This document shows, in pieces, positions 27,091 to 36,063 of a stretch of DNA of 38,407 nucleotides. A model generated the notes under the pieces. That model made no database searches, was not told where the DNA came from, and saw only the letters and a list, made by a program, of their open reading frames with translations. Origin of the DNA: a virus (lineage: Duplodnaviria > Caudoviricetes). Positions within the stretch are counted from its first letter, which is position 1. Each line of letters begins with the position of its first letter. The stretch spans positions 1 through 38,407 of the IMG/VR virus record IMGVR_UViG_3300012346_000007; one strand, written 5' to 3'. A program made the translations under genes and the position numbers.

Positions 27091-27705
27091 TTAGTCGATA
27101 GTAGCAATAATTACGTCAACGTATTGAACCGCTAAGTTAATAGCAGAAGAAGTTGCAGAGCCAGATAATGTAGCTGAACCTGAAATTGAGTGAGTGTGTG
27201 AGCCTCCACCGCCTGTTGAACTTGAAGTTTTATTGGTTGAACCACCGCTACTGTCATCCCTTAATCCAGGTGGCGTACATCCAGCACCGCCTGAACCTAT
27301 TGTAGTAAAGTGGTTATGGCTAGGCATTTGTGATTCAGAAAGAGTTGTGGCACCAGCACTTAACCCTGATGTATTGATTGAAAATGTATTGCTAATTGTT
27401 GGAGTCTGTGAAGCAAAAGCTGTAGTAAATGCTACTGAACCTCCAGTACCCGCAGTGCCAGAGACTACACGAAGCGCTTTGTTGTCGTCAGTAGTTACCT
27501 TTGTCCAGCCTGTTGGAGCTGCGGTTTGCTTAAATAGCATTGCAGTGCCCGTAACAAAAGGCTTGGTGCTAATCGCTTGTGATGCCCAAATAGTACCCGT
27601 AGAGGTAAGTACGTTTCCAGAAGTACCAGGACCTGGCACACCAGAAGTTTGTAGTACGGAGTCAGGGAATGTTACCCCAGCTGTTCCATTAATTATGACT
27701 GACAT
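27091..27705 (-). CDS. Short tail-fibre tip protein (collar-like domain with HxH motifs), paralogue of 29269-29946
   Basis: QTAAPTGWTK...ALRVVSG, PSHNH, SHTH and AINLAVQYVDVI. Confidence 0.75.
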   Translation of the reverse strand: MSVIINGTAGVTFPDSVLQTSGVPGPGTSGNVLTSTGTIWASQAISTKPFVTGTAMLFKQTAAPTGWTKVTTDDNKALRVVSGTAGTGGSVAFTTAFASQTPTISNTFSINTSGLSAGATTLSESQMPSHNHFTTIGSGGAGCTPPGLRDDSSGGSTNKTSSSTGGGGSHTHSISGSATLSGSATSSAINLAVQYVDVIIATID

Positions 27706-27884
27706 AGTTGTTCCTTAGTTTCTGTTACTTCTTTTTCCATTTGTACCGCCATCCATTTGCCTGTATAACCTTGCATTGTATTTATATATCGCACTTGCAT
27801 CTCTATTGTTCCGTCTGCTTTTTGTAAATGGCGAAACTCAGGTACAGAGCCCGGATATATTCTGCCTTGACAATATGTAGTCAT
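27693..27884 (-). CDS. Hypothetical 63-aa protein
   Basis: TAATG coupling to the upstream gene; fills the gap. Confidence 0.6.
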   Translation of the reverse strand: MTTYCQGRIYPGSVPEFRHLQKADGTIEMQVRYINTMQGYTGKWMAVQMEKEVTETKEQLCQS

Positions 27885-28129
27885 TATGGATTTGTAGGTG
27901 TTGGCTCAAAATCAATAGTTGGAATAGTAGTTTCTACAAAAGGGGATACTTCACCAAATTCACCAGCAACGGCACGATTAAATAAATCAACACCCCAAGG
28001 TTCAGGGTCATAAGAAGTTGCACCAAATGGCATTTCTTCGTTAAATTCTTCCCATTTAACAGTCAACATAATTGCAGTGCTTTCTGCATTATTCCAAATC
28101 GGGTCTTTAGCGTATTGAAGTGTAAACAT
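27884..28129 (-). CDS. Putative tail-fibre assembly chaperone
   Basis: PFGATSYDPEPWGVDLF...GEFGEV pattern, typical of genes following fibres. AAGGA RBS. Confidence 0.6.
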   Translation of the reverse strand: MFTLQYAKDPIWNNAESTAIMLTVKWEEFNEEMPFGATSYDPEPWGVDLFNRAVAGEFGEVSPFVETTIPTIDFEPTPTNP

Positions 28130-28142
28130 TATTTTTCCTTTA

Positions 28143-28958
28143 TTAAGATACTCGACAAGCCATTCCTATTGACCAACTTGTTGTGCCTGTATTGCCAGCC
28201 ATCCATTTCCATGTTCCTGACAAATTATTAGTTGATGTAAAATTTCCATATTGGTCGCCAAAATATTCAGAAGCGGCAGATTGAATATTTCCCACGCCGC
28301 CACCAGCGGAATAGTTTGTGCCTGACGATACAGAATTTGAATTATTATTAAATCTTGCCGCAAGACAATAACTACCAACAGTATTAAATGTAGGGCAAGC
28401 AACTACCAAAGTTCCGCTAGTAGTAATTGTTCCGCCTGATAATCCGTTACCAGTAGCAACTGAAGTAACTGTTCCACCGCCTGTTGCAGCGATAGAGATA
28501 GAACCAGAGCCGTTAGTAATAGAGATGCCTGAACCCGCTGTTAGAGTTGTACGAGTGAAGTTTGTACCATTACCAATATCAAGAGCACCGTTTGCGGGGG
28601 TCGAAGTTAAGCCTGTACCACCGTTTGCTACACCCAATGTACCTGCAGTAATAGTAGAAGCGTTTACACCAGAAGCTGGAAGTACCGATGTTGATAACGT
28701 ACCGCTTGAGATGTTAGATGCGTTAAGCGTAGTTAGAGCAGAACCAGAACCAGCAAAGTTTGTAGTAGCAGTGATGACTGCGCCTTGAATGTTTCCACCG
28801 TATGTAACCGCATTTGCATAAGTGACGTTTTGGTTGCCGTCAATGGTTAAGGCTACAACGTTAGCTGCACCTGTTTTAAATGCTAAGTTACCCGAGGTGT
28901 CGCTTTGTATATTAAGCGCTGTACCCGAGGTTGTTCCTGCTGAGATAGTTGATGCCAT
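28143..28958 (-). CDS. Tail-fibre tip protein
   Basis: S/T/G-rich, with NASNISSGTL and VANGGTG repeats. C-terminal VGSY...LSGTWKWM.G...RVS domain. Confidence 0.75.
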   Translation of the reverse strand: MASTISAGTTSGTALNIQSDTSGNLAFKTGAANVVALTIDGNQNVTYANAVTYGGNIQGAVITATTNFAGSGSALTTLNASNISSGTLSTSVLPASGVNASTITAGTLGVANGGTGLTSTPANGALDIGNGTNFTRTTLTAGSGISITNGSGSISIAATGGGTVTSVATGNGLSGGTITTSGTLVVACPTFNTVGSYCLAARFNNNSNSVSSGTNYSAGGGVGNIQSAASEYFGDQYGNFTSTNNLSGTWKWMAGNTGTTSWSIGMACRVS

Positions 28959-29269
28959 TATTTATTCTCCAAAATCATAGTCTGTGCTTGTTGGGGAACC
29001 CCTGCAGCAGCCAATAAAACACGTTGCCCTACTTCGTTATTCTTAACCATTTCGTTACGGAAGCTCTCAACTGCAGCTCCAGTACTACGTTGTTGCTGGC
29101 TATTCTCAATCATTAAGACTGGCAGCCAAGCCATTGAACAACCCCATTCGTCTATTGCTTCACCTGTATTAGGATTGTTACCAGCAATTTTCATAAACCA
29201 CGCACAATCAAGCTGACGACATGGGTTAAAGTTGTCTAAAGGGCAATTTGGTTTTGCTTCAATTTTCAT
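28958..29269 (-). CDS. Cys-rich protein coupled to a fibre gene (possible accessory factor)
   Basis: CPL...C...CAWF...WGC followed by a helical C-terminus. TAATG coupling to 29269-29946. Confidence 0.65.
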   Translation of the reverse strand: MKIEAKPNCPLDNFNPCRQLDCAWFMKIAGNNPNTGEAIDEWGCSMAWLPVLMIENSQQQRSTGAAVESFRNEMVKNNEVGQRVLLAAAGVPQQAQTMILENK

Positions 29270-29946
29270 TAGTTTTTGCTCGCACGGATAACGTCAACGT
29301 ATTGAACTGCTAGGTTAATTGCTGTACCTGTAAAAGAGGCAGAACCAGAAATGGTATGGCTGTGTGAACCGCCACCGCCTTCGCCATAAGTGCTTGCAGT
29401 CCAATCAGGTGATCCACCAACAGAACCTATGGTGCTTCTTCCTGGAGGGTAATCATTAGGTTGAGCACCAAAACCATGACTATGACTTGGGATCTGACTT
29501 GTTGAAAGTGTTGTTGCCCCCGCACTTAAACCAGAAGTATTAATTGAACCTGCTGGGGTCTGGCTTGCAAAAGCTGTTGTAAATGCAACAGAACCACCTG
29601 TACCTGCCGTACCACTAACAACACGCAAAGCGTAGTTATCAAGGTTGGTTAATTTAGTCCAACCTGTAGGAGCAGAAGTCTGACCAAATAACATAATAGT
29701 ACCGGAATCAAATGCAGCGGGTGCAGAGCTAACCCAAGTCGTTCCATTAGACGTCAGTACGTTACCCGAAGTACCTACAGAAGAAAGTCCAGTACCCCCA
29801 TTAGCAGCATCAATAACACCGCCAGTAGGTGTGGAATACAAAACACCGCTAGTAGTTGGTAGGGTTAGCGTGGTAGTACCCGCAGCGCCATTAGCCTGTA
29901 ATGTACAGGTTCCGCTAACATCCCCAGCAATAACAATTGAACTCAT
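29269..29946 (-). CDS. Short tail-fibre tip protein (collar-like domain with HxH motifs)
   Basis: ANGGTG, GNVLTSNGT, QTSAPTGWTK, PSHSH, SHSH and AINLAVQYVDVI. Confidence 0.75.
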   Translation of the reverse strand: MSSIVIAGDVSGTCTLQANGAAGTTTLTLPTTSGVLYSTPTGGVIDAANGGTGLSSVGTSGNVLTSNGTTWVSSAPAAFDSGTIMLFGQTSAPTGWTKLTNLDNYALRVVSGTAGTGGSVAFTTAFASQTPAGSINTSGLSAGATTLSTSQIPSHSHGFGAQPNDYPPGRSTIGSVGGSPDWTASTYGEGGGGSHSHTISGSASFTGTAINLAVQYVDVIRASKN

Positions 29947-29955
29947 TTTTAATCC

Positions 29956-30519
29956 TTATAAAATAATCCAGCGGCTGTCTACCGGAATAGTAATAGTGAC
30001 GCCACCAAGAACCGTAATAGGTCCAACACTTTCGCCATTATAACCCGTACTCATCGTATAGTCAGATCCAATAGTTTGTTTGTTTTGGTAAACCGCACCG
30101 CCAGCAGAAGCTCCAGTACCTGAGAAAGCAGTGTAAAAGTTAGTGCCATCACAGAATACTTGGGTAGTCTCTCCATTACCGACAGTAACCACAGAACCTG
30201 TAGAACCGCCAATACTTACACCAAACCCGCCAGTCGTATTATTGACAACAATATATATCTTATTGACTAGAGGCGCAATAACTTGACGTACTGCTGTGTT
30301 GGTTCCGGTCACTACTAAAACCGCATTTCGTGCTTCGTCTGATGTGCCGTCTAGGTTAGTTAGGGTGTAATTCGCATCAGTCATAACGATAGAACGAACG
30401 CCAGTAATAGCCTGTTCTAAAAGGGTTCCAAGGTTGGTGTTAGTCGTAGTACCCCAAGTACCCGCCTGTTCACCGTTCCCGATGAGCGTTAATTTTAGCG
30501 ATGATGAATATGTAGTCAT
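29956..30519 (-). CDS. Tail-fibre anchor/adaptor-like structural protein
   Basis: N-terminal GEQAGTWGTTTNTNL. Its C-terminal SVGPITV...SRWIIL motif is shared with 31205-34033. Confidence 0.6.
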   Translation of the reverse strand: MTTYSSSLKLTLIGNGEQAGTWGTTTNTNLGTLLEQAITGVRSIVMTDANYTLTNLDGTSDEARNAVLVVTGTNTAVRQVIAPLVNKIYIVVNNTTGGFGVSIGGSTGSVVTVGNGETTQVFCDGTNFYTAFSGTGASAGGAVYQNKQTIGSDYTMSTGYNGESVGPITVLGGVTITIPVDSRWIIL

Positions 30520-30528
30520 AATTTACCT

Positions 30529-31203
30529 TTAAGACGGTACTAATACTTCTGTCCAATTTGGTGTCTGAGCGGTATTAATATTAGCCCAATTTGGCACTTG
30601 ATTTGTATTAATATCACCCCAGACATTTACCCTGTTAAGTCTAACAACTGTTTTAACCCCTGTTAAGTAGACAACAGCACTGGCTTGAGCACTTACCGTT
30701 CCTACCCTACCTACTGCGTATACCCCTGTAGCATCTATATAGGTGCCACCATTTACATCTACGTTACCCAAAGCAGCTACTGAGCTTACTCCAGTTACGT
30801 CAATTATAGTAGAGCCGGTCTCAGTTGTATTGCCTAACCTAGCTACCGAGTAAACCCCAGTAACATCAACATAAGTACCGCCGTTTACCTCATAGTCCCC
30901 TAAAACAACCGCAGAACTAACTCCAGTAAGCGTTACTACAGACTTAGCAGCAATACTTACATTACCAATCCTACCAACTGAGGCAACCCCAGTAACAAAC
31001 ACATTTGCATTAGCCTGAGCTGCAACAGTACCAACCCGACCAACTGTATAAACCCCTGTAGGTACAAAATTAGCTGTACCTGTTACAACTACGGTGCCTG
31101 TCCTACAAACTGCGCTTACGCCGGTAAGGTCTACAACTACACTAACAGACGATGTACCTGTACCAGCGAAGGGCGCCCCTGCGTAGGGAAATCCCGCAAA
31201 CAT
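30529..31203 (-). CDS. Val/Thr/Gly-rich structural protein with eight ~22-aa repeats
   Basis: Repeats of V-x-x-TGV-x-x-V-x-R-x-G-x-V, then W-x-x-INT-x-Q-x-PN twice. Confidence 0.7.
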   Translation of the reverse strand: MFAGFPYAGAPFAGTGTSSVSVVVDLTGVSAVCRTGTVVVTGTANFVPTGVYTVGRVGTVAAQANANVFVTGVASVGRIGNVSIAAKSVVTLTGVSSAVVLGDYEVNGGTYVDVTGVYSVARLGNTTETGSTIIDVTGVSSVAALGNVDVNGGTYIDATGVYAVGRVGTVSAQASAVVYLTGVKTVVRLNRVNVWGDINTNQVPNWANINTAQTPNWTEVLVPS

Positions 31204-31204
31204 G

Positions 31205-34033
31205 TTATAAAACTACCCAACGACTCCCAGCAGGGAGGGTGATTACAGCTCCCGAACCAACCGTAATAGGCCCTACAGAGCTGGCTGAATATCCAGAAGG
31301 AACTGAGAAGCTAGAACCCACCGTCATATTGTTAACCACTAAACCATTACTTGCTACTACGTTTGGTGCAGTAAATTGGTCTGTTGTAGAGTCAAATGTC
31401 AGGTTGGCAGAAGCGGCAAAAGCCCCACCGTTGTTATATTGAATCTGTGTGCTAGAGCCAGCAGCAGAAACACTTACTGTACCCCAAGAGGAGTTAGCCC
31501 CATCAGTAGTTAAGAACTTACCTGAGTTACCAGTCTGGCTAGGAGCCAAAGCATTAAAAGCTGCATTTGCAGTAGTTTGACCTGTACCACCATAACTAAT
31601 ACCAACAGTACCAGAAGATACGTTAGAGCCATTTAGGGCTGTTAAGTTAGCTCCAGAACCACTAAACAATGTAGTCTGTAATGTACCTGTAGAAGGTGTA
31701 AATGTGATCTTAGTGCTAGATACCTTAACTGCATTGTTACCAGAAGAAGCACTTACCCAAACTGGATATACAGCAGTTGCAGTTGTGGTGTCGTCAGTTG
31801 TAGCTACATAGGTAGCAACGTTAGCAGTAATAGAGCTTGGTGAAGTCCAAACAGGAGCAGTGCCATCAGAAGTCAGGATTGTGCCAGAACCACCAATGGA
31901 TACAAATGTAGTAGCACCCGAACCAGATTGGTAAGGAACAGCTCCAGCAGTACCAGAACCTAAGTTAGTAGCTGTACCAGCAGTAACCGCATAAGTAGCA
32001 TTAGCTACAGCGTTAGTCCCAATTAGGGATACTACTTGTGCTCCTGTTGCCCCTGTATAAGCCGATGAACCGTTTGCGTAAGGAATACCAGTAAGCGAGC
32101 CGCCCACGCCAGTACCACCGTACGTAGCACCGATAACGTTTGCAGACCAAGTCCCGACTGTAAGGTTTCCAGTACCAGTAAGGCCAGTATAAGACCCAGT
32201 AATACGCCCAGTAGGAAGAGTACCAGAAGTGATGTTATCGGCATTTGTAGTATCCGTTGTAGCAGATGGAGCTAAACCAGAAATATCAGCAGCTGCAATT
32301 TGTTGCCAGCTAGGGGCAGCGGAGTTAACGCCATCACCTTGTTGCTGAAGGTACTTCTTAGTAGTCGTTGTTTGACCAGCTAACTTGCTTAATGTATTAG
32401 CAGCGCTAGAGTAAATAATGTCACCAAGCGTGTAAGTAGTCTGACCTGTACCACCGTTAGTTGCACCTAAAGAACCTGTAATAGCGTTTGAATTAGATAG
32501 GTTTACGGAACCCCAAGAAGGAACACCTGCGCCAGAAACAGTTAGGACGTTGTATTGAGAACCAACACCAAGAGTAGTTAGAGTAGAAGCGTTTGCGTAG
32601 AGTAAATCACCCGCAGTATAAGACGCTAGGTTTGTACCGCCATTAGCTACAGGAACAATTCCTGTTAGCGCAATAGTCTGACCAGCTACGTTAATTGGGT
32701 CTGTACCTGTATATACCAAAGCAGAAGCAAATTCTACAAATGGTAGTGCTGTAGTACCAAGAACAATAGGTGATGTTAACTGAGACAGAACATAAGAAAA
32801 GCCTTTATATGTAGTTCCGTTAGTTACAAAAACATACGCGTTGTTTGCAATCTCGCCAGGACCAACAGTATCAAAGTCTGTTGCTCTAGTAACTACCCAA
32901 GGAGTAGACACACTACCAGCATCAGTAAGGGTGTAGATACCATTTTCATAAGCGTTTGTAAGGGCACGGAATAAAACACGATCCCCTACGTTAATTGTTA
33001 CGCCATCTATAACACCAAATGCGGCATTAGTATTGTTAGTAATAGTACCAGCGCCGTTGTTATAGGTAGCGCCAGAACCAGTATATGTATTAGCTACAGC
33101 TTTAACTGGAGTATGAACAACAAACCCTGTAGATACTGCACCGTCTACATATGCCTGAGTTACCAAAACTGTGCTATTAGCAGCGTTAGAAAGGTTGCCA
33201 CCAGCGTAGGCAAAGTTGGTTATGTTAACGTTGTTTGCAGATACGTTACTTGTAGCGCTGATATTATTTGCAAAGTTAACGTTTTTGGTAGAAGCTACAA
33301 AAGTTGCAATCTCAGCACCAGAGTTAACGCTGCCACCAAAGACAACTACGTTGCTATTGGCTGTACTTGTACCAAGGTATAAATCAGAAGTTTCACCAGC
33401 TGCGCCAGTACCAGAAACTAAACCACCACTAAATAGGTATGCAGAGTTTTCTGGGAAGATTGGGTAGTCACCAGAATTGTAGGTTGAGCTATTAATACCC
33501 ATGTCTACAAAGTAAGACGCACCATCACCTAAGTTATTGTAGGCAACGACGTCAGAAGACGCATTAGCATCAGCGCTTTGGTTTTGCGCTACTAACTGAG
33601 AAAAACTATCTACATTAGAGACAAAGCTAGATAAGGTTGTAGCAAAAGCAGGGGCAGTAGCATTAGCACCGACCACAGAAATATAGTTTTCTGGGAATGT
33701 TGTAATTCCATCTGGATCTTGGTATACCGCTTGCTCAGCCGGTTGAGTAATAAATACCTCTTTATCACCAGCGCTAAAGTTTACTAGCGTATTGGAATTG
33801 GTAGAAGAATATACAGTCGTACGGGTTAATGTATTAGACGAATAAGTACCGTAACCAACTTCCCACTCAGTTAAACCAGGAGCAGTGTTGTTGATACAGT
33901 AGTAAACAATCGAACCGTTAGGAACGCACGAAGCAAACGTGCGGTACTCCACATACGCCCCACTTAGGGTGAACGTAGTTGTACCTGTGCTAGTACTTAA
34001 TTCCCGTACTCTATCTTGCAGAACCAAAGCCAT
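31205..34033 (-). CDS. Long tail fibre protein
   Basis: 942 aa, T/S/G/A/N-rich. Contains GDRVLF...ENGIY...RATDFD, four GGT[GN] repeats and QIQYNNGGAF. Confidence 0.8.
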   Translation of the reverse strand: MALVLQDRVRELSTSTGTTTFTLSGAYVEYRTFASCVPNGSIVYYCINNTAPGLTEWEVGYGTYSSNTLTRTTVYSSTNSNTLVNFSAGDKEVFITQPAEQAVYQDPDGITTFPENYISVVGANATAPAFATTLSSFVSNVDSFSQLVAQNQSADANASSDVVAYNNLGDGASYFVDMGINSSTYNSGDYPIFPENSAYLFSGGLVSGTGAAGETSDLYLGTSTANSNVVVFGGSVNSGAEIATFVASTKNVNFANNISATSNVSANNVNITNFAYAGGNLSNAANSTVLVTQAYVDGAVSTGFVVHTPVKAVANTYTGSGATYNNGAGTITNNTNAAFGVIDGVTINVGDRVLFRALTNAYENGIYTLTDAGSVSTPWVVTRATDFDTVGPGEIANNAYVFVTNGTTYKGFSYVLSQLTSPIVLGTTALPFVEFASALVYTGTDPINVAGQTIALTGIVPVANGGTNLASYTAGDLLYANASTLTTLGVGSQYNVLTVSGAGVPSWGSVNLSNSNAITGSLGATNGGTGQTTYTLGDIIYSSAANTLSKLAGQTTTTKKYLQQQGDGVNSAAPSWQQIAAADISGLAPSATTDTTNADNITSGTLPTGRITGSYTGLTGTGNLTVGTWSANVIGATYGGTGVGGSLTGIPYANGSSAYTGATGAQVVSLIGTNAVANATYAVTAGTATNLGSGTAGAVPYQSGSGATTFVSIGGSGTILTSDGTAPVWTSPSSITANVATYVATTDDTTTATAVYPVWVSASSGNNAVKVSSTKITFTPSTGTLQTTLFSGSGANLTALNGSNVSSGTVGISYGGTGQTTANAAFNALAPSQTGNSGKFLTTDGANSSWGTVSVSAAGSSTQIQYNNGGAFAASANLTFDSTTDQFTAPNVVASNGLVVNNMTVGSSFSVPSGYSASSVGPITVGSGAVITLPAGSRWVVL

Positions 34034-34045
34034 ATGGCTCTCCTA

Positions 34046-34477
34046 TTACGAAGCGGTCAAACGAATAATTGCGCTGCTTGCGTCTGCAGTTGGGAAGTTA
34101 ATAGTAAAGTCACCGTTAGTAGATGTCTTATCACCACCAAACGCTAAAACAGCAACAGCAGCATTGCCGTAAGTGTTGTTATAAATCAAAGCGCCGTTAG
34201 CAGTGATAGTTGCATTTGCCCAAGTAGTATTAGCAAACGATACATAAGCTACGTTACCAGATGAGGTTGGTGTTACGTTAACTGTCAAAGTATTACCACC
34301 AGCCGTGTAGTTACCGGTTGAAGGGCACTCATTGGTTGCTGAATAAGCAGTTGTAGATTCACCTAAAGTTGCTGAGCTTGTATACAAAGCAATCTTAAAA
34401 GTATTTGAAGAAAAGTTTTGCAAGCCATTTAAGATTTGAACCTTAAACGATGTTGCCATTCCTTGGGTAATTGCCAT
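34046..34477 (-). CDS. Conserved phage structural protein
   Basis: AGGAG RBS. Beta-rich, with MAITQ...FKIALYT...YTAGG...GALIYN. Confidence 0.7.
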   Translation of the reverse strand: MAITQGMATSFKVQILNGLQNFSSNTFKIALYTSSATLGESTTAYSATNECPSTGNYTAGGNTLTVNVTPTSSGNVAYVSFANTTWANATITANGALIYNNTYGNAAVAVLAFGGDKTSTNGDFTINFPTADASSAIIRLTAS

Positions 34478-34493
34478 TTTTAACTCCTAAAAA

Positions 34494-35141
34494 TTATCTA
34501 ACAGGGCCGGGTATCGGCATCCTTAATTGTCCATCACGATAAGCACTACGTCTATCTTTACCATCGCCCAAATCTTTCAACAACGCTAAAGATTCTTGAT
34601 ATTTCTGCTCGTAATAAGCAACCATATCCTGTTCACCTTTTTGGAAGATTACCGCCTCTCGTAAGGCTCCATAAACCAAAGCAGTTTCAAAATTATCACC
34701 CAACCATGAAGTACCAGCCGTAACAATAGACTCTGGATAGTAGTAATAGTGTAATTCTACTTGATAACTATCGTCTGGCGTAGGTCCAATCAAATATGTA
34801 TATGGCTTAAATTGCGCATAGTATCTTGGGACGCCTTGGTCGTTGGCAGTTGGGTAAGATTGACGAATAAAGTTAACGTCTTTATCTAGTAAGTACTCGT
34901 AGTTACCGTCTGCATCAATGACCGCTAAGGAGAAAGAAGCCAAATAATCATCAGGTAAAGCCAAGTAGTGGTCGCCAGCCGTAAAATTACCAATCTGGTT
35001 TTTACGAATTGCTGGGATCTGGACGGCATTGTAAATACGCTCTTCCGCAAACTGAACAAAATTAGGGATGTTATCGACGAATAACTGCTCATCGGTCTCC
35101 GCATAATCTTGAATTGTTTGTGATAACTGAGTGTAATTCAT
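34494..35141 (-). CDS. Putative head-tail adaptor (tail tubular protein A-like)
   Basis: N-terminal helices (FVQFAEERI), LPDDYL, GVPRYY, GPTPD..Y and LVYGAL; the layout of podovirus adaptors. Confidence 0.6.
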   Translation of the reverse strand: MNYTQLSQTIQDYAETDEQLFVDNIPNFVQFAEERIYNAVQIPAIRKNQIGNFTAGDHYLALPDDYLASFSLAVIDADGNYEYLLDKDVNFIRQSYPTANDQGVPRYYAQFKPYTYLIGPTPDDSYQVELHYYYYPESIVTAGTSWLGDNFETALVYGALREAVIFQKGEQDMVAYYEQKYQESLALLKDLGDGKDRRSAYRDGQLRMPIPGPVR

Positions 35142-35150
35142 TGCTTAGCC

Positions 35151-35432
35151 TTAGCCCATTTTTCCACTGATCTTACGACCTTTAGTAGCAGCACCGTAGC
35201 CACGCATTACGCCAACACCGTATGGGTTCTCTTTAGCGTAATTGCCTTTGCTAACACCACCAACAGAAATATTAGATGTGTCTAGCTTATTACCCGGCTT
35301 AGTTACTGCAGCGTTCATAGCAGCTACACCTGTACCGTTTTTAACATAGGCACTGGCATCTTTGTTTTCTTTGGCATTACCTAATGGATACTTGGTAGCC
35401 GCAGTTGGTTTAACTTTTTTCTCAACAGCCAT
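35151..35432 (-). CDS. Small basic hypothetical protein
   Basis: AGAGGA RBS. Lys/Gly-rich, ending MRGYGAATKGRKISGKMG. Confidence 0.7.
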   Translation of the reverse strand: MAVEKKVKPTAATKYPLGNAKENKDASAYVKNGTGVAAMNAAVTKPGNKLDTSNISVGGVSKGNYAKENPYGVGVMRGYGAATKGRKISGKMG

Positions 35433-35434
35433 GA

Positions 35435-35623
35435 TTAACGTCCTCTTTGAGCTGCTAATTTAGCAAGACCACGACCCATAGATTTCATGTTAGCGTTTGT
35501 TTTACCAACAGTTTTCTTGATTGGACCGTTCTCAACTTTAGCAGTTGGGCCTGAATTACCAAGGTTTTTACCCTCAGTTTTACCTTTTTTCTCAATGCCG
35601 TTGGCACCTTGTTTGAATGACAT
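35435..35623 (-). CDS. Small basic hypothetical protein
   Basis: AAGGAG RBS. Contains ANGIEKKGKTEGKNLG and MGRGLAK. Confidence 0.7.
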   Translation of the reverse strand: MSFKQGANGIEKKGKTEGKNLGNSGPTAKVENGPIKKTVGKTNANMKSMGRGLAKLAAQRGR

Positions 35624-35632
35624 ATAAGCTCC

Positions 35633-36055
35633 TTAGCTTGTTGTTACTGTTACTGTACCTAATACTACTCCGGAAACTAAATCGTTTGGGGTTTGAGGCC
35701 AATTTGAACCTCCACCAACAGGATTCCATCCCCATTGAAACACCCTACTACCCATCTCTGGTTCACCAAATCCTGCTTGTGTGGTGCCACCATTTACATT
35801 AGTCTTCAACCCGTTGTTACCAGACTGGTAGTAACTTACATCAGGTCTTGGTTCCCGTACTGCTTGGGGGTCGTTTACTGGATACAAGCCAAGAGACAAC
35901 TGAGGCTGATCTGGATCCCAACAAGACGGGCAAACTTTAATCTGGTACAACTTGGTCTTAATGACCTCTTTCTTTAATTCCTTAAGCAGATACCGTTGCG
36001 CACATCTGTCGCACTCGGCAATCGCATATTTACCTGAAGCGTATTTACTAGGCAT
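35633..36055 (-). CDS. Conserved phage protein with CxxC...CxxC
   Basis: ECDRC...VCPSCWDPDQPQ...DPQAVREPRPD. Confidence 0.7.
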   Translation of the reverse strand: MPSKYASGKYAIAECDRCAQRYLLKELKKEVIKTKLYQIKVCPSCWDPDQPQLSLGLYPVNDPQAVREPRPDVSYYQSGNNGLKTNVNGGTTQAGFGEPEMGSRVFQWGWNPVGGGSNWPQTPNDLVSGVVLGTVTVTTS

Positions 36056-36063
36056 GATTTACC

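Noticed and set aside
27091-29946. Diversity-generating retroelement or invertible shufflon between the paralogous fibre genes
   Set aside because: Differences are mostly synonymous and not adenine-specific, both copies are intact genes in the same orientation, and no reverse transcriptase or invertase is present.
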